The notes under the pieces: generated by a model
Told to the model about the DNA's origin: nothing
Seen by the model: only the letters and a program-made list of their open reading frames with translations
The model's database searches: none
Translations under genes and position numbers: made by a program
From: Myxococcota bacterium
GTDB taxonomy: Bacteria; Myxococcota_A; UBA9160; PR03
Length of the DNA stretch: 64,000 nucleotides
Assembly (NCBI GenBank): GCA_041611735.1
Contig: JBFIML010000001.1
Location: 91,743-155,742, forward strand
Reading direction: 5' to 3'
In this document: positions 10,576 through 20,078 of the stretch, piece after piece
Numbering within the stretch: position 1 is the stretch's first letter
Layout: the number at the start of each line of letters is the position of its first letter

Positions 10576-11024
10576 CGCGAATCCCGAACGCCCAGCGTGA
10601 GCTTCGTGTCCAGGTCGCGCAGCCAGTAGAGCGCGAAGCAGGCGGCGAGCATGGGCCAGGCGGCGAAGAAGAGCAGGTTCGCGAAGGGGTCCAGGTACTG
10701 GCGCCAGGAAGAGAGCGTCGAGATGCCGTGCAGGACCAGGACCGCGCCGTAGCTGAGGCGCTTGCGATACCCGACCACGAAGCCCGCCAGGAGCAGGAGC
10801 TCGAGGCTTCCCAACACCTGGAAGGCGCCTCGCCCCAGCCCGTCGATCGAGTAGAAGCTCTCGTAGACCCGGGCGGCATGCTCCGGGTTCGCGAACTTGT
10901 CGAGGGTCCAGACCAGCATCACCCCGAAGACGGCGAGCCGGAGCACCAGGAGCGCGAGCGGTACGCGGGAGTCGAGCTTCACGGCGTCCGGGCTGAGCGG
11001 CGCACGCTTCGGGTGAGCCAGCAC
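10572..11024 (-). CDS. DoxX-like membrane protein
   Basis: LLVLRL...WTLDKF; four hydrophobic segments. Confidence 0.65.
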   Translation of the reverse strand: MLAHPKRAPLSPDAVKLDSRVPLALLVLRLAVFGVMLVWTLDKFANPEHAARVYESFYSIDGLGRGAFQVLGSLELLLLAGFVVGYRKRLSYGAVLVLHGISTLSSWRQYLDPFANLLFFAAWPMLAACFALYWLRDLDTKLTLGVRDSR

Positions 11025-11039
11025 CTCCGCCCCGTCGGT

Positions 11040-11432
11040 TCAGGCCCCGGCGGCCAGGACGAACAGCCAGAGGCACGCGCCGAAGCCCACTGCGAAGCTG
11101 GTGGAGCGCAAGAGGTCCTGGTTCGCCATGTAGAACACCGGGTGGAGGATCCGTGCGATCACGAAGAGAACCGCCGCGGTGGCCGAGCTCCCGGGATCTG
11201 CACCCGCCAGGTGCGCCACCAGGACGGCGACCGAGAAGACGGGAAGCGCCTCCCAGGCGTTCTGTTGCGCGGCCCAGGCACGGGCCCCGGTTCCTTCCAG
11301 GGCGGCGTACTGTGCGCGCGGGTGCTTGTTGTCGACGCGCCCGAGCTGGCTCATGCGGAAGTAGCCGCCCGCTCCCGCCAGCACGTACGGAATCAATACC
11401 GCGATGAGCAGGCACCAGAAGGGAGTCGTCAT
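11040..11432 (-). CDS. MAPEG family membrane protein
   Basis: DNKHPR, RAWAAQQNAWEAL, ARILH, LRS. Confidence 0.88.
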   Translation of the reverse strand: MTTPFWCLLIAVLIPYVLAGAGGYFRMSQLGRVDNKHPRAQYAALEGTGARAWAAQQNAWEALPVFSVAVLVAHLAGADPGSSATAAVLFVIARILHPVFYMANQDLLRSTSFAVGFGACLWLFVLAAGA

Positions 11433-11628
11433 GGAGTCGTCTCCTGCGGAACCGCGTCCGCCTCGAGAATCCAGACGGCATCATGCCACAGGAGACGAAT
11501 CGCCGTTGCTGCGAAGATCGTCGCGACCCCGGGGTGGACGGGCCACAGTGGCGAACACCCGGTGCGGCGCCGCCAGCGGGTGAAGGATCGAACCGGCTCG
11601 CTGCGAGGACGGCGTGGCCGGTCAGCGG

Positions 11629-12327
11629 CTACGCCTCCACGCCCTCGGCCAGGCGCTGCGCGATGATCCGATACACCCCCGGCGCGAAGCCGAGCCCGAG
11701 ATGGGTGGTGCGGACCTCGACATTCTCGACGTTCGGGGCCGCCTGGTCCACGCAGGCGCGCCAGGCCACGATGCGGTCCGCCTTCGAATAGACGGCGGTG
11801 ACCGGAACCTGCAGGGGGAAGCGGCTGCGGGCCGCCACCTCCCTCTCGATGGCATCGAGGTCGTATCCCCGACGGCGATACACCTCTGCGACCGCCGTGT
11901 ACTTGGGGCCTCCGATCACCGGGCTGCCCAGGGTGACGACCCGCTCGACGTCGTCCGGGCGCTCGCGGGCCGCCTCCCGCGCCAGGTAGCCTCCCAGGCT
12001 CCAGCCGATCAGTCGCACCCGCTGTTCGAACTCCCGCGCCACCCCCGCCACGAGCGCGACGACCTGCGGGATGAGGGCCGGTACGTCCCCGCCGTTTCGA
12101 CCGAGGTCCCAGCCTCGCACCGTGTAGCCGAGGTAGCGCAGGTAGGCACGCAGCACGGAGGTCGAGGCGTCCCCGGCCCCGTAGCCCGGAAAGACGAGCA
12201 CCGGCTGCCCGCGTCCCTTCGGCTGCGCGGCCAGGGTCGGCCAGTGCCAGGCGAGCCGGGGCAGCTCCAGGGCGCCGAGCCCTTCCAGCAGGAGACCCAG
12301 CGGCGAGGGCGAGCCAGGCGAGTCCAC
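11629..12327 (-). CDS. Alpha/beta hydrolase (esterase/lipase-like)
   Basis: PVLVFPG, GWSLGG, TLGSP, YSKADRIV, THLGL; GTG start 6 nt after TACAAT. Confidence 0.85.
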   Translation of the reverse strand: MDSPGSPSPLGLLLEGLGALELPRLAWHWPTLAAQPKGRGQPVLVFPGYGAGDASTSVLRAYLRYLGYTVRGWDLGRNGGDVPALIPQVVALVAGVAREFEQRVRLIGWSLGGYLAREAARERPDDVERVVTLGSPVIGGPKYTAVAEVYRRRGYDLDAIEREVAARSRFPLQVPVTAVYSKADRIVAWRACVDQAAPNVENVEVRTTHLGLGFAPGVYRIIAQRLAEGVEA

Positions 12328-12353
12328 CAACGGATTGTAGCGAGCCCGCTTGC

Positions 12354-13130
12354 CTAGCGCCCCGAGAAGTGCGCCTTGCCCGGACCGTGCTCCAGCAGGG
12401 AGACGATGCCCTGTTGCATGTCCTCGGTCTCGAACAGGGGCGCCGCCAGCTCGGGAAGGAGGGCGTCCGACGCCCGGATGCCCTGGTCCAGGAAGCTGCG
12501 AAGCACCCGCTTGCTGGCGGCGTGGGCCCGGGTGGGACCCGCGGCCAGGCGCTGCGCGAAGCGCAGGCTCTTCTCTTCGAGCTGCGCTGCCGGGACCACC
12601 CGGTTGACGATGTTCCAGCGCTCGAAGCTGGCCGCGTCGTAGATGCCGGCGCCCATCACGATCTCGCACGCCCGGGCCGAGCCCGCACGCTGCGCCACGC
12701 GCTGCGCGCCTCCGCCGAAGGGAATGGCCCCGATCACGGCTTCCACCAGACCCAGCCGGGCGGAATCCGCCGCCCACAGAAGGTCGCAGGCCAGGGCGAT
12801 CTCCAGCCCGCCGGCCAGACACAGGCCCTGCACCGCCGCGAGGGTGGGGAAGGGCAGCTCCTCGCTCCGGGCCAGCAGCCGACCCACCCGACCCAGGAGC
12901 GCGCGCGCCTCGGCCGCAGAACGGTCCTGGAACATCGCCGCGACCTGGGCTCCGGCCGAGAAGTTCTCTCCTTCGGCGCGCAGCAGGAGGGCCCGGACCG
13001 ACGCGCCCGCGGCCGCCTCGATCGCCTGCTCGAGGCCGTCCACGAGCTCGGGTGTGATCAGGTTGAGCGGGGCATCGGCGAGCGTGACGATCCCCACGTC
13101 TCCGTCTCGTTCGTAGCGGACCTTGGCCAT
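12354..13130 (-). CDS. Enoyl-CoA hydratase/isomerase
   Basis: FSAGAQ, GLCLAGGLEIALACD, GLVE; AAGGAGGAG RBS. Confidence 0.9.
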   Translation of the reverse strand: MAKVRYERDGDVGIVTLADAPLNLITPELVDGLEQAIEAAAGASVRALLLRAEGENFSAGAQVAAMFQDRSAAEARALLGRVGRLLARSEELPFPTLAAVQGLCLAGGLEIALACDLLWAADSARLGLVEAVIGAIPFGGGAQRVAQRAGSARACEIVMGAGIYDAASFERWNIVNRVVPAAQLEEKSLRFAQRLAAGPTRAHAASKRVLRSFLDQGIRASDALLPELAAPLFETEDMQQGIVSLLEHGPGKAHFSGR

Positions 13131-13161
13131 GCCATTCTCCTCCTTGCTCCTCAGCCTGGGG

Positions 13162-13872
13162 CTAGGCACCTGGGTCCCGGCGAAATCGCCTGCGCACCGC
13201 CGAGGGCCGGGGGGCGCGCATCCATGCTCGGGTTGCCTCGTGCGGCAGCGGGTCCTGGCCGGCCAGGAAGAGCTCGAGATACACGAGATCGTCGTAGCCC
13301 CAGAAGAGCTCCGTGCCCACCATCATGGTGGGCACGCCGAAGACGCCAGCCGCCAGGGCCTCGTCGGTCTGGCGACGCAGGTGCGCCTTCGACTCCGGCC
13401 GCCCGGCCTCCGCCACGAGCTCGGCGCCGGGCAGGCCGATCTCGTCGGCCAGATCCCGTACCACGTCCGGGTCGCTCGGGTGCAGCCCCCGCACCCAGCA
13501 GGCCTGGAAGATCGCGTCGATCAGGGCGCGCCGCGCCGCCTCGGGCAGCGGCAACGAGGAGACCCGGAGCGGGAGCAGGGGATTGAAGGGGTGGAACCGG
13601 GGCGGATTCAGGGGCACGCCCAGCTGGGTCGCCTTGCGCAGGTTGTTGCGGAGCATCCACCTCGCCTTGGGAGGCACCTCCGCCGGACCGAGCTGGCCGT
13701 GGGCCTCGAGGAGCCCGGCGAAGAGCACGGCAACCGGCTCCAGGGCCATCCCGTAGCGGGTCGCGATCTCCGGCAGCCGGACCCAGGCCAGGTAGGCGTT
13801 GGACGAGATGTAGTCGAAGAAGAAGCGGATCGATGCGGGGGCCTCGCTCAACCTTTTCCTCCGTGGCTGCAT
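13162..13872 (-). CDS. 2-hydroxychromene-2-carboxylate isomerase / DsbA-like (kappa GST) protein
   Basis: FFFDYISSNAY, HPFNPL, GVFGVPT...LFWGYD. Confidence 0.85.
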   Translation of the reverse strand: MQPRRKRLSEAPASIRFFFDYISSNAYLAWVRLPEIATRYGMALEPVAVLFAGLLEAHGQLGPAEVPPKARWMLRNNLRKATQLGVPLNPPRFHPFNPLLPLRVSSLPLPEAARRALIDAIFQACWVRGLHPSDPDVVRDLADEIGLPGAELVAEAGRPESKAHLRRQTDEALAAGVFGVPTMMVGTELFWGYDDLVYLELFLAGQDPLPHEATRAWMRAPRPSAVRRRFRRDPGA

Positions 13873-13873
13873 G

Positions 13874-14452
13874 CTAGCGCCCGCGCTTGCGGGACCCGGG
13901 CGGCAGGCGGCGCAGCAGCACGACGTGGCTGAAGATGAGGATCGGGACCAGGAAGGTCGGCAGGAGGCTCAGGGGCGGACGCAGCAGCGCCTCCATGGAG
14001 GCGGGATCCGTCAGGGCCAGGCGCCGGGCGGTGGCCACCACGAACAGGATGTCGGCCAGGCCGATCAGGTTCCAGGCCGCGTAGGCCCACGGAGGAGCCG
14101 GCCGGCCGAGCCGGCCCAGGACCAGCAGCAGCGAGGCGAGCAGTGCCACCCCGATGTCGCCCCAGCCTCCCGGGACGGCGAACGCGTAGGGAAGCTCGTT
14201 GCGGGCGTGGAGATGGAGGAAGTAGAAGCCGACGAACCGGGAGAGATGCACGGCCACCAGGGCGTCGAGGGGAAGACCGTCCAGCCAGACGCGAAACGGG
14301 GAGATCGACGCGTAAGCGATCACCAGGGCGCCGAGCAATCCGAACAGCATGAGCTGCGGAAACGGAGGCGGCGCCATGCGCAGGCCACCGAGGGCGCCGA
14401 AGGCGAGTGCCGTGAGGAACCAGGCGCCGAGTACCAGGGCGGGCCTGACCAC
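13874..14452 (-). CDS. Hypothetical integral membrane protein
   Basis: Six hydrophobic segments; HLSRFVG, GWGDI, WNLIGLAD, PTFLVP. Confidence 0.7.
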   Translation of the reverse strand: MVRPALVLGAWFLTALAFGALGGLRMAPPPFPQLMLFGLLGALVIAYASISPFRVWLDGLPLDALVAVHLSRFVGFYFLHLHARNELPYAFAVPGGWGDIGVALLASLLLVLGRLGRPAPPWAYAAWNLIGLADILFVVATARRLALTDPASMEALLRPPLSLLPTFLVPILIFSHVVLLRRLPPGSRKRGR

Positions 14453-14455
14453 GAG

Positions 14456-15103
14456 CTACCCGCGCCGCTCGCAGAGATAGTGGTGCCACAGGATCCGCGC
14501 CCCCACCGACCTCCAGGGTCGCCACGAAGTCGCCAGCCGATCCAGCCGGTCCGTGGTGGGTACCGAGCGAAGTCGCTTCACCCGCCGCGCCGCTTGCGCC
14601 AGCGCCAGGTCGCCTCGAGGCCAGACGTCCGGGCGGCGCAGGGCCATCAGGAGATAGATGGCGGCGGTCCACTCGCCCACGCCCCGATTCTCCACCAGCA
14701 GGGAGCGCGCACGGGTGTCGTCGAGCCGGGCGATGCGACCCAGGTCCACCTCTCCGGCTTCGACGCGTCGCGCCAGGGCCAGACAGGATTCCGCCTTCTG
14801 GCGCGTGAGGCCGAGGTCACGCAGCTCGGCGGAGGAGAGGCTTGCGAGGCGCTTGCCCGTCACCTTGCCGACGGCCGCTTGCAGGCGCCGGAAGACCGCG
14901 CGCGCCGAGGTGGTGGAGACGTGCTGCCCGAGAATGATCTGGACCAGGCTGGAGAAGCCGGGGGCCCGGGCCCAGAGCGGAGGAGGGCCGTAGGCGCCCA
15001 CCACGCGGGCCAGGTCGGCGTCGCGACGGCACAGCTCACGGGTGGCACGGAGCAGGGATGCGCGGTCCAGGCGGCGCGGGACGGCGTCGGGCTCGGCTTC
15101 CAT
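14456..15103 (-). CDS. DNA-3-methyladenine glycosylase II (HhH-GPD / AlkA family)
   Basis: ILGQHVS, GVGEWTA helix-hairpin-helix, DVWPRGDLAL, WRPWRS. Confidence 0.9.
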   Translation of the reverse strand: MEAEPDAVPRRLDRASLLRATRELCRRDADLARVVGAYGPPPLWARAPGFSSLVQIILGQHVSTTSARAVFRRLQAAVGKVTGKRLASLSSAELRDLGLTRQKAESCLALARRVEAGEVDLGRIARLDDTRARSLLVENRGVGEWTAAIYLLMALRRPDVWPRGDLALAQAARRVKRLRSVPTTDRLDRLATSWRPWRSVGARILWHHYLCERRG

Positions 15104-15206
15104 CCTCGGATCTCTTGCTTTCTGGCACGATGGCGCATAAAAGGAGGATCGTCGAATCCCCGGTCCAAGGACGCGGGAGTTCCATCATCCAAGGGGAGAA
15201 GCAAAC

Positions 15207-15587
15207 ATGAGGCGATCGGGTCTCTCGATGCTGGCGAGCGTCGCCCTGCTCTCTGCACCGCTGCAGGCAGGGGCGGAGCTGTGGGACGTGATCCAGTTCA
15301 GGCTGAGCGAGGGCTGCAACCTCCAGAAGTACACGGCGATCGTCAACGACTTCAACGCCTACTACAAGGACAAGGGCTACCAGGCGCAGCTCCTGCTTCC
15401 GCTGCACGCGGAGGAGCAGGGCGGGGTGTTCTGGGTCGGCCGCTCGTCCACCACCGAGGTCTTCGGAAGGGCCTACGACCACTGGCTCGCCGAGCTCGCC
15501 AAGCCGGACAGCACCGTGAGCAAGCTCAGCACCCGCTTCCAGGACTGCGGCACGCTGGTCTCCCGCTCGAGCTACATCACGCAGTGA
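15207..15587 (+). CDS. Secreted hypothetical protein with two Cys
   Basis: N-terminal signal peptide, GGGGAG RBS, normal coding composition. Confidence 0.7.
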   Translation: MRRSGLSMLASVALLSAPLQAGAELWDVIQFRLSEGCNLQKYTAIVNDFNAYYKDKGYQAQLLLPLHAEEQGGVFWVGRSSTTEVFGRAYDHWLAELAKPDSTVSKLSTRFQDCGTLVSRSSYITQ

Positions 15588-15883
15588 CGGTGGCCCGGAA
15601 ATACCCCGTCTCCAAGGTGCTCGCGTTGGTCCGGGACGACGCCGGTCGGGTGCTGCTCGGGAATCACTACATCGAGAACTGGGTCCCGCCGAACGGAGAT
15701 CAGATCTCGACCGTGATGCTGGTCCGCGAGTGCGAGGTCTTGCGCGGCGAGCCGCGACCGGACGGTCAGGAGATCCTGGAGTGTCGCTAGGTCACCCGCC
15801 CGCAGGCCGAAGCGCTCCAGATGCCCGCCTGGATGCACCGCCTCCTGGACGACGTCTTCCCGAGCAGGCCACCCGAGGGCTAG
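15584..15883 (+). pseudogene. Degenerate NUDIX hydrolase remnant
   Basis: VLALVRDDAGRVLL and PNGDQ...GEPRPDGQEILECR flank a missing Nudix box; in-frame TAG at 15788 followed by a plausible C-terminus ending at TAG 15883. Confidence 0.6.
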
Positions 15884-16248
15884 CGCTCCATGGCCAGCAC
15901 GAGCGCCGCGGCCAGCACGAGCTCCAGGGCGCCGAACAGCCACGGTATCCACCCCGGCGGCCCGTCCACCCAGGCCGAGACCAGGCGGCCCAGGGCCATG
16001 CCGCCCAGGGCCACGGCGACGGCCGCGAGCACGCCCGCCCGGAGCGCGGGAAGCCACGCGGAGGCCACCAGGAGCAGCGCCACGGCCACGCCGAAGCCGC
16101 CGTAGACGGCACGCACCTCGTTGCGGCCGTCGCGCGTCAGGCTGGGGGTCCCGAAGCCGCCCGCAACCCGCTCGGGCCGCCACAGCGCGACGACGCCCAT
16201 GGCCAGGAAGAAGCCCGCGACCCCCGTGACCAGGATCCCGGCGCTCAT
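15880..16248 (-). CDS. DUF4345-like membrane protein
   Basis: RNEVRAVYGGFG, GRLVS; four TM segments; GGAGG RBS. Confidence 0.75.
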   Translation of the reverse strand: MSAGILVTGVAGFFLAMGVVALWRPERVAGGFGTPSLTRDGRNEVRAVYGGFGVAVALLLVASAWLPALRAGVLAAVAVALGGMALGRLVSAWVDGPPGWIPWLFGALELVLAAALVLAMER

Positions 16249-16320
16249 GGCGAGGCAACCTCCCGGCGCGCGATTCTACCAGACCGCATCGGTCCCCTAT
16301 CCTCGGAGCCGCGTCCATCC

Positions 16321-17388
16321 ATGTGCCGGGAGGAGCAGAGGCTGCGTAGCTACGAGATCCTCGACGAAGCGCTCGAGTCGATCACGGACGCCGGGCCGGA
16401 CCTCCGCAACGGGCTGACGAATCATGCGCCCATGGCGATCGAGGCCCTGTGCGCCCTGGGCCGCCCGGACGCCGTGCGGCCGTGGCTCGATCGCTATCGC
16501 CAGGAGATGCTGCCTTGGCCGGCTCGCCGGGAGCGCATCGAGGGCGAAGCCTGGCGGGCTGCGCTCGGCCAGGCGGAGCGGACCAGCGACTGGCGCGCCT
16601 GCTTCCACGACCAGCTCCAGGACGCCCCCTGGCAGCGGGTGCTCGACCGCTGGACCCGGCGTCTGGCGCCCGGCATCTGCGCCTCGGCCATGCACGGCGT
16701 GATTCGCGTGGGTCATGCGGCGCGGGCGCTCGCGAACCAGGAGACTCCCGTGCGGATCGCCGAGCTGGCCGACGCCCTGGCCTCCTGGGCGGCCACCTAC
16801 CAGGTGCTCCCCACGCATCCCGCGGCGCGCCCGGCAGCGCTCCGCCCGGCCCAGGCGATTCGCCAGGTCCCCGTCGTCCCGCCGGACCGCCGCCGCTTCA
16901 CGGGAACCATCACCTCGTCCCTGGCGGCCCTGGACGAGTTCCCGGCGTTCGCACCCGTGATCGCGCTCGCCGACCTCGAGGGCGATCCGGCCGCGGTGCT
17001 CTCCGAGCTGACCGAGACCTTCGCCCGGGTCTATCTCGCGAACGCCCGCGATGTCCTCGGCGCCATCGTCTTCGTCCACGGGGTCACCAGTGTGGCGGCC
17101 CTTCGCTCGATGCTCCCCCACCTGGACCCGGAGACGGCGCGGCGCGCCACGCGCTACACGTGGCAGGCGGGTTGTGCGCTGTACGCCGCCTTCGGAGAGC
17201 GTCCGGCGCCAGCAGCAGCCGAAGAGGGCGCGGGCGAGAGCTCCGAAACGTTGACGGATCGGGCCATCGCCAACGGTGACGAGCACGCCATCAAGTTCAC
17301 GGAAGCCTGTCTACGCGAACACGCGCTGCGTCCCTCGGCCGTGTACCCGTCCGCGGCTCGTCACGCGATCGAGGTGCTGAAGCCCTGA
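16321..17388 (+). CDS. Questin oxidase-like (DUF4243) protein
   Basis: NHAPMAIEAL, HGVIRVGHA, VHGVT, DEHAIKFTEAC; exact start uncertain. Confidence 0.75.
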   Translation: MCREEQRLRSYEILDEALESITDAGPDLRNGLTNHAPMAIEALCALGRPDAVRPWLDRYRQEMLPWPARRERIEGEAWRAALGQAERTSDWRACFHDQLQDAPWQRVLDRWTRRLAPGICASAMHGVIRVGHAARALANQETPVRIAELADALASWAATYQVLPTHPAARPAALRPAQAIRQVPVVPPDRRRFTGTITSSLAALDEFPAFAPVIALADLEGDPAAVLSELTETFARVYLANARDVLGAIVFVHGVTSVAALRSMLPHLDPETARRATRYTWQAGCALYAAFGERPAPAAAEEGAGESSETLTDRAIANGDEHAIKFTEACLREHALRPSAVYPSAARHAIEVLKP

Positions 17389-17763
17389 GCGTGGCGGGGA
17401 TCCGGGGCCAGGCCACCAGAAGATGCGGACCTGCCGCTTGCCCCAGCGCAAGGCCGCCTCCCGGTCCGTTCCCATGTAGATGTCGATGCGTCGCCGCCAC
17501 CGCTTCGCCATCTTGTCCAGGACCACGTACTCCCCGGACAACCCCTCGATGCGCACCCGGGTCCCCCGGGTGAATCCCAGCTCGATCAGGTCCCGGGACA
17601 CCGCGATGGCGCGGACCCCCGGCCGCAGTCGATCGCCCCAGGCGGCCAACGTGGGATCCCCGCTTCCCTGGCCGGGGAGCGAGTTGTAGGCGGTCGCGAT
17701 CACCACGAGCTCTCGTCCGTTGCTCGGCAGTCCGGTGCACGCCGAGAGCACGAGGCACGCCAC
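17311..17763 (-). CDS. 3D-domain (MltA-like) putative lipoprotein
   Basis: LSAC lipobox, ATAYNS, IAVSRDL, VLDKM, RIDIYM; true start may lie further upstream. Confidence 0.78.
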   Translation of the reverse strand: MACLVLSACTGLPSNGRELVVIATAYNSLPGQGSGDPTLAAWGDRLRPGVRAIAVSRDLIELGFTRGTRVRIEGLSGEYVVLDKMAKRWRRRIDIYMGTDREAALRWGKRQVRIFWWPGPGSPPRSGLQHLDRVTSRGRVHGRGTQRVFA

Positions 17764-17843
17764 GACCAGGGGCCAGACCCGGCCTGCGGCGCCCGGAGCG
17801 GACTGCAGCCCGGCCGGCGCGACCTGCCGTCGAGGGGCGCCCG

Positions 17844-18257
17844 TCAGGTGGCGGCCCGGAAGCGGCGTTGGACCGCCGGGTAGTGGTAGGCCAGGGCGAA
17901 GAGCGCCAGGAGCGCGGCCTGCAGGCCCAAGGTGGGCAGCATCCGCCACGCGGACAGGTGCCCCGCCAGCAGGGCGGTGATCTCGGTGGCGATCAGGCCG
18001 TAGATCACGAGCACGGTGAGCGCCGCGACGAAGCGTCGCTCCACGGGTCGGCGATGGGCCCACAGCAGGAGCAGCGTCCAGCCCGCCATCAAGGAGGCCC
18101 CGTATCCCATGGCGAAGCGGTAGGGACCGGACGGGTCGTCGAAGCCCCACAGGAGTCGGGCCCCGGGCGGAAACAGCATGGGGATCAGCGCCAGTGCGTC
18201 GGTCGCGGCGCCAATCAGGAAGGCCGTCTTCAGCAGTCGGACCTGGCGAGCGTGCAT
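17844..18257 (-). CDS. Hypothetical membrane protein
   Basis: Four TM segments; GASLMAGWTLLLLWA..RPVERR. Confidence 0.7.
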   Translation of the reverse strand: MHARQVRLLKTAFLIGAATDALALIPMLFPPGARLLWGFDDPSGPYRFAMGYGASLMAGWTLLLLWAHRRPVERRFVAALTVLVIYGLIATEITALLAGHLSAWRMLPTLGLQAALLALFALAYHYPAVQRRFRAAT

Positions 18258-18267
18258 GGGCGCTCCT

Positions 18268-18771
18268 TCATCGAGCACGTGAGAGACCCGAGTCACGCCA
18301 GCGCTGGATCAGGGTGGCGAAGATCAGGCCGTGGACCACGAGCATGCCCGGAACCACGAACGCCGGACCGTACCACGCAGCGCCCAGGTGATCCGCCACG
18401 CCCAGGCGAACGGCCAGGGAGAGGTTGAACAGCATGTCCGCGAGCCCCAGGAGGTTGAAGACCCAGACGGTCGGGATCGCCCAGCGCCAGCCGACCCGCA
18501 GTGAGACCAGCGCAACCCACGCCAGCGCCACGGTCAACGTGTCCCCGATGGCGGTGTGGCGGGCGAAGCGATCCGGGAGCGTCGGATCGACGACCTCGGG
18601 CACGAGCAGCGTCACGCCCACGTGCCGGAACAGCTGCGGCAGCAGCAGGATCGAGAGCGCCACCGGGTCGGGCTTGCCCCGCAGCCAGGGCCAGATGAAC
18701 AGGACGCCGATGGCCGCGTAGGCGGCCAGGCTGAGCACGAACTGGAGAACCAGGAGCTCGGCCGTTTGCAT
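18268..18771 (-). CDS. Hypothetical membrane protein, distantly like 13874-14452
   Basis: FRHVG, AIGD, FNLLGLAD, PAFVVP...H. Confidence 0.72.
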   Translation of the reverse strand: MQTAELLVLQFVLSLAAYAAIGVLFIWPWLRGKPDPVALSILLLPQLFRHVGVTLLVPEVVDPTLPDRFARHTAIGDTLTVALAWVALVSLRVGWRWAIPTVWVFNLLGLADMLFNLSLAVRLGVADHLGAAWYGPAFVVPGMLVVHGLIFATLIQRWRDSGLSRAR

Positions 18772-18870
18772 GACCGCGCCTTCACCCCCGATTGCGATCC
18801 ATGTTACCGCGGGGTCCGGTGGGATGGGGGTGCAGGGAAGCCACGCCGGGCGCGGCGCCCACGCCGACCC

Positions 18871-18899
18871 TTGACCCGACCAATCGGTCGGGCCAGACT
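18871..18899 (+). promoter_or_regulatory. Sigma-70-like promoter with a palindromic operator in the spacer
   Basis: TTGACC-17 nt-CAGACT; cccgacc-aatc-ggtcggg inverted repeat at 18875-18892. Confidence 0.6.
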
Positions 18900-18950
18900 C
18901 CGGCTTTGCCGCCGCGCGGGCAGGCCGCGCCCCGCCCCTCGGAGAGCCCC

Positions 18951-20078
18951 ATGAACTTCGGCTTCACGGAAGAGCAGGAGCTCCTCCGCGCGGAGGTGCG
19001 CAAGTTCCTGGACGAGCACGCGCCCCTCGAGCAGGTGCGCAAATGGATGGAGACGCCCGAGGGCTTCTCCCGCGAGCTCTGGAAGCAGATCGCCGAGCTC
19101 GGCTGGCCTGGACTCCTGGTGCCCGAGCCGCACGGCGGCGCGGGCCTCGGCTTCGTGGACCTGACCGTGGTCCTGGAAGAGACCGGGCGCACGCTGCTTC
19201 CCTCGCCGCTGCTCGCCACGACGCTCGCCGCGGCCACGATCCGCGACGCGGGAAGCTCGGCGCAGCAGGCGCGCTGGCTGCCGTCCCTGGCGGACGGCTC
19301 GGCAATCGGGACCGTGGCCGTGCTCGAAGCCCAGGGCCACCTCGACCCGGCCGGGATCTTGCTCCGGGGCACGCGCCAGGGCGACGCCTGGCTGCTCGCG
19401 GGCGAGAAGCACTTCGTGCTGGATGCCGGGGCCGCCGACCTCTTCGTGGTGGCCTTCCGGAGCGGCAACGCCCCGGAGGCGCTCGGCCTCGCCGTGATCG
19501 AGTGCCAGACCCAGGGTGTGCGGGTCCGCACCACCTCCAACCTGGACGCCACCAGACGGCTCGGCACCCTTCGCCTCGACGCGGTGCGCGTGCCCACCGA
19601 CCGGGTGCTGGGCGAGCCCGGCGCCGCCGCGCCCGCCCTGGCCCGCCTGCTCGACCGGGGAGCCGCCGCCGTCACCGCCGAGATGATCGGGGCTGCCGAG
19701 GGCGCCCTGGCCCTGACGGTGACCTACGCGAAGCAGCGCGAGCAGTTCGGTTCGCCAATCGGGCGCTTCCAGGGCGTCAAGCACCCCCTCGCCGAGATGT
19801 ACGTGGACGTCGAGTCGTTCAAGTCGCTGCTCTACTACGCCGCCTGGGCCCTGGACGAGAGCCCCGAGGAGGTGCCCCGCGCCGTGTCCCTGGCCAAGGC
19901 CTATGCCAGCGAGGCCTTCGCGCGCATCGGTCTGGACACCGTCCAGCTCCACGGCGGCATCGGCTACACCTGGGAGTACGACGCGCAGCTCTATCTCAAG
20001 CGGTCCAAGTGGGCACGGCCCGCCTTCGGCGATGCGGCCTACCACTACGACCGCGTGGCGCGACTCGGAGGCCTCTGA
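18951..20078 (+). CDS. Acyl-CoA dehydrogenase, beta-type subunit
   Basis: MNFGFTEEQ, REQFGSPIGRFQGVKH, VQLHGGIGYTWEYD. Confidence 0.88.
   Translation: MNFGFTEEQELLRAEVRKFLDEHAPLEQVRKWMETPEGFSRELWKQIAELGWPGLLVPEPHGGAGLGFVDLTVVLEETGRTLLPSPLLATTLAAATIRDAGSSAQQARWLPSLADGSAIGTVAVLEAQGHLDPAGILLRGTRQGDAWLLAGEKHFVLDAGAADLFVVAFRSGNAPEALGLAVIECQTQGVRVRTTSNLDATRRLGTLRLDAVRVPTDRVLGEPGAAAPALARLLDRGAAAVTAEMIGAAEGALALTVTYAKQREQFGSPIGRFQGVKHPLAEMYVDVESFKSLLYYAAWALDESPEEVPRAVSLAKAYASEAFARIGLDTVQLHGGIGYTWEYDAQLYLKRSKWARPAFGDAAYHYDRVARLGGL

Noticed and set aside
15123-15138. TGGCACG as a sigma-54 promoter for the 15207 gene
   Set aside because: GG-to-GC spacing is 9 nt, not the required 10, and there is no TTGC
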